Made by a program: the position numbers and the translations under genes. Under the pieces are notes generated by a model. The model saw nothing but the letters and a program-made list of their open reading frames with translations. It searched no databases and had not been told where the DNA came from. 64,000 nucleotides of DNA, from contig NC_057720.1 in assembly GCF_004010195.1 (NCBI RefSeq), positions 7,553,117-7,617,116 of the forward strand, given 5' to 3'. Below are positions 63,645 through 64,000 of this stretch, in pieces. This DNA comes from Chiloscyllium plagiosum (Eukaryota). Position 1 is the stretch's first letter; each line of letters opens with the position of its first letter.

Positions 63645-63930
63645 GGACAACGTAGCAATAATGTCAGTGGCAATCCAAAAGTTCAGGTTAATTACTCCTT
63701 GGATGCAGATTCAAGTTCCACACAGCAGTTGGTAGAATTGAATTTAAATTAATAAATCTGGAATTGAAAATTAGACTCTCTAATGACGCCATTAAACTAT
63801 CATCAACTGATGTGAAAAAAAAACTCCATCTATTTCACTGGGAATCTATTTAGGAAGGAAATCTGCCAACATAACCTGGTCTGACCTGCATGTGACTGCA
63901 GACCCACAATTATGTGGTCTAGCCTGCCAA
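63645..63930 (+). mobile_element. SINE family S2, degraded
   Basis: AAATCTGGAATT...TTTAGGAAGGAAATCTGCC...GTGACTGCAGACCCACA. Confidence 0.7.
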
Positions 63931-64000
63931 TCAGTTCAATGGAAATAAATGCTTCCCAATGATTTCACAGTTCCAGAACAAAAGAAAAAAAAGCATAGAA

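Overview
Repeat-dense vertebrate genomic DNA, intronic or intergenic, almost certainly from a shark. HE1-type V-SINEs, HER1/CR1 LINEs, Deu-domain SINEs and Penelope-like elements are present; the HE1 tail variant suggests a carpet/bamboo shark (inference). I could not identify any host protein-coding gene. Nearly all ORF-track peptides are retroelement fragments (CR1 RT/endonuclease, a second CR1/L2-group LINE, Penelope RT/GIY-YIG, Rex1/Babar, RTE) or chance ORFs. There are two assembly gaps inside young CR1 copies and one tRNA-Glu(TTC) pseudogene. The most interesting signal is a dozen or more short, often palindromic Penelope-derived insertions with 10-15 bp target-site duplications. They carry minimal hammerhead-ribozyme motifs (CUGANGA-A-stemII-GAAA-NN-UH) in at least three sequence families, with visible stem covariation. 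Other points of note are a ~405-bp-arm inverted duplication (62.3-63.5 kb), several nested LINE insertions, a 183-bp SINE-tail-plus-flank duplication and a few weak candidate exons/enhancers in unique islands. All calls are by eye; repeat boundaries are approximate.
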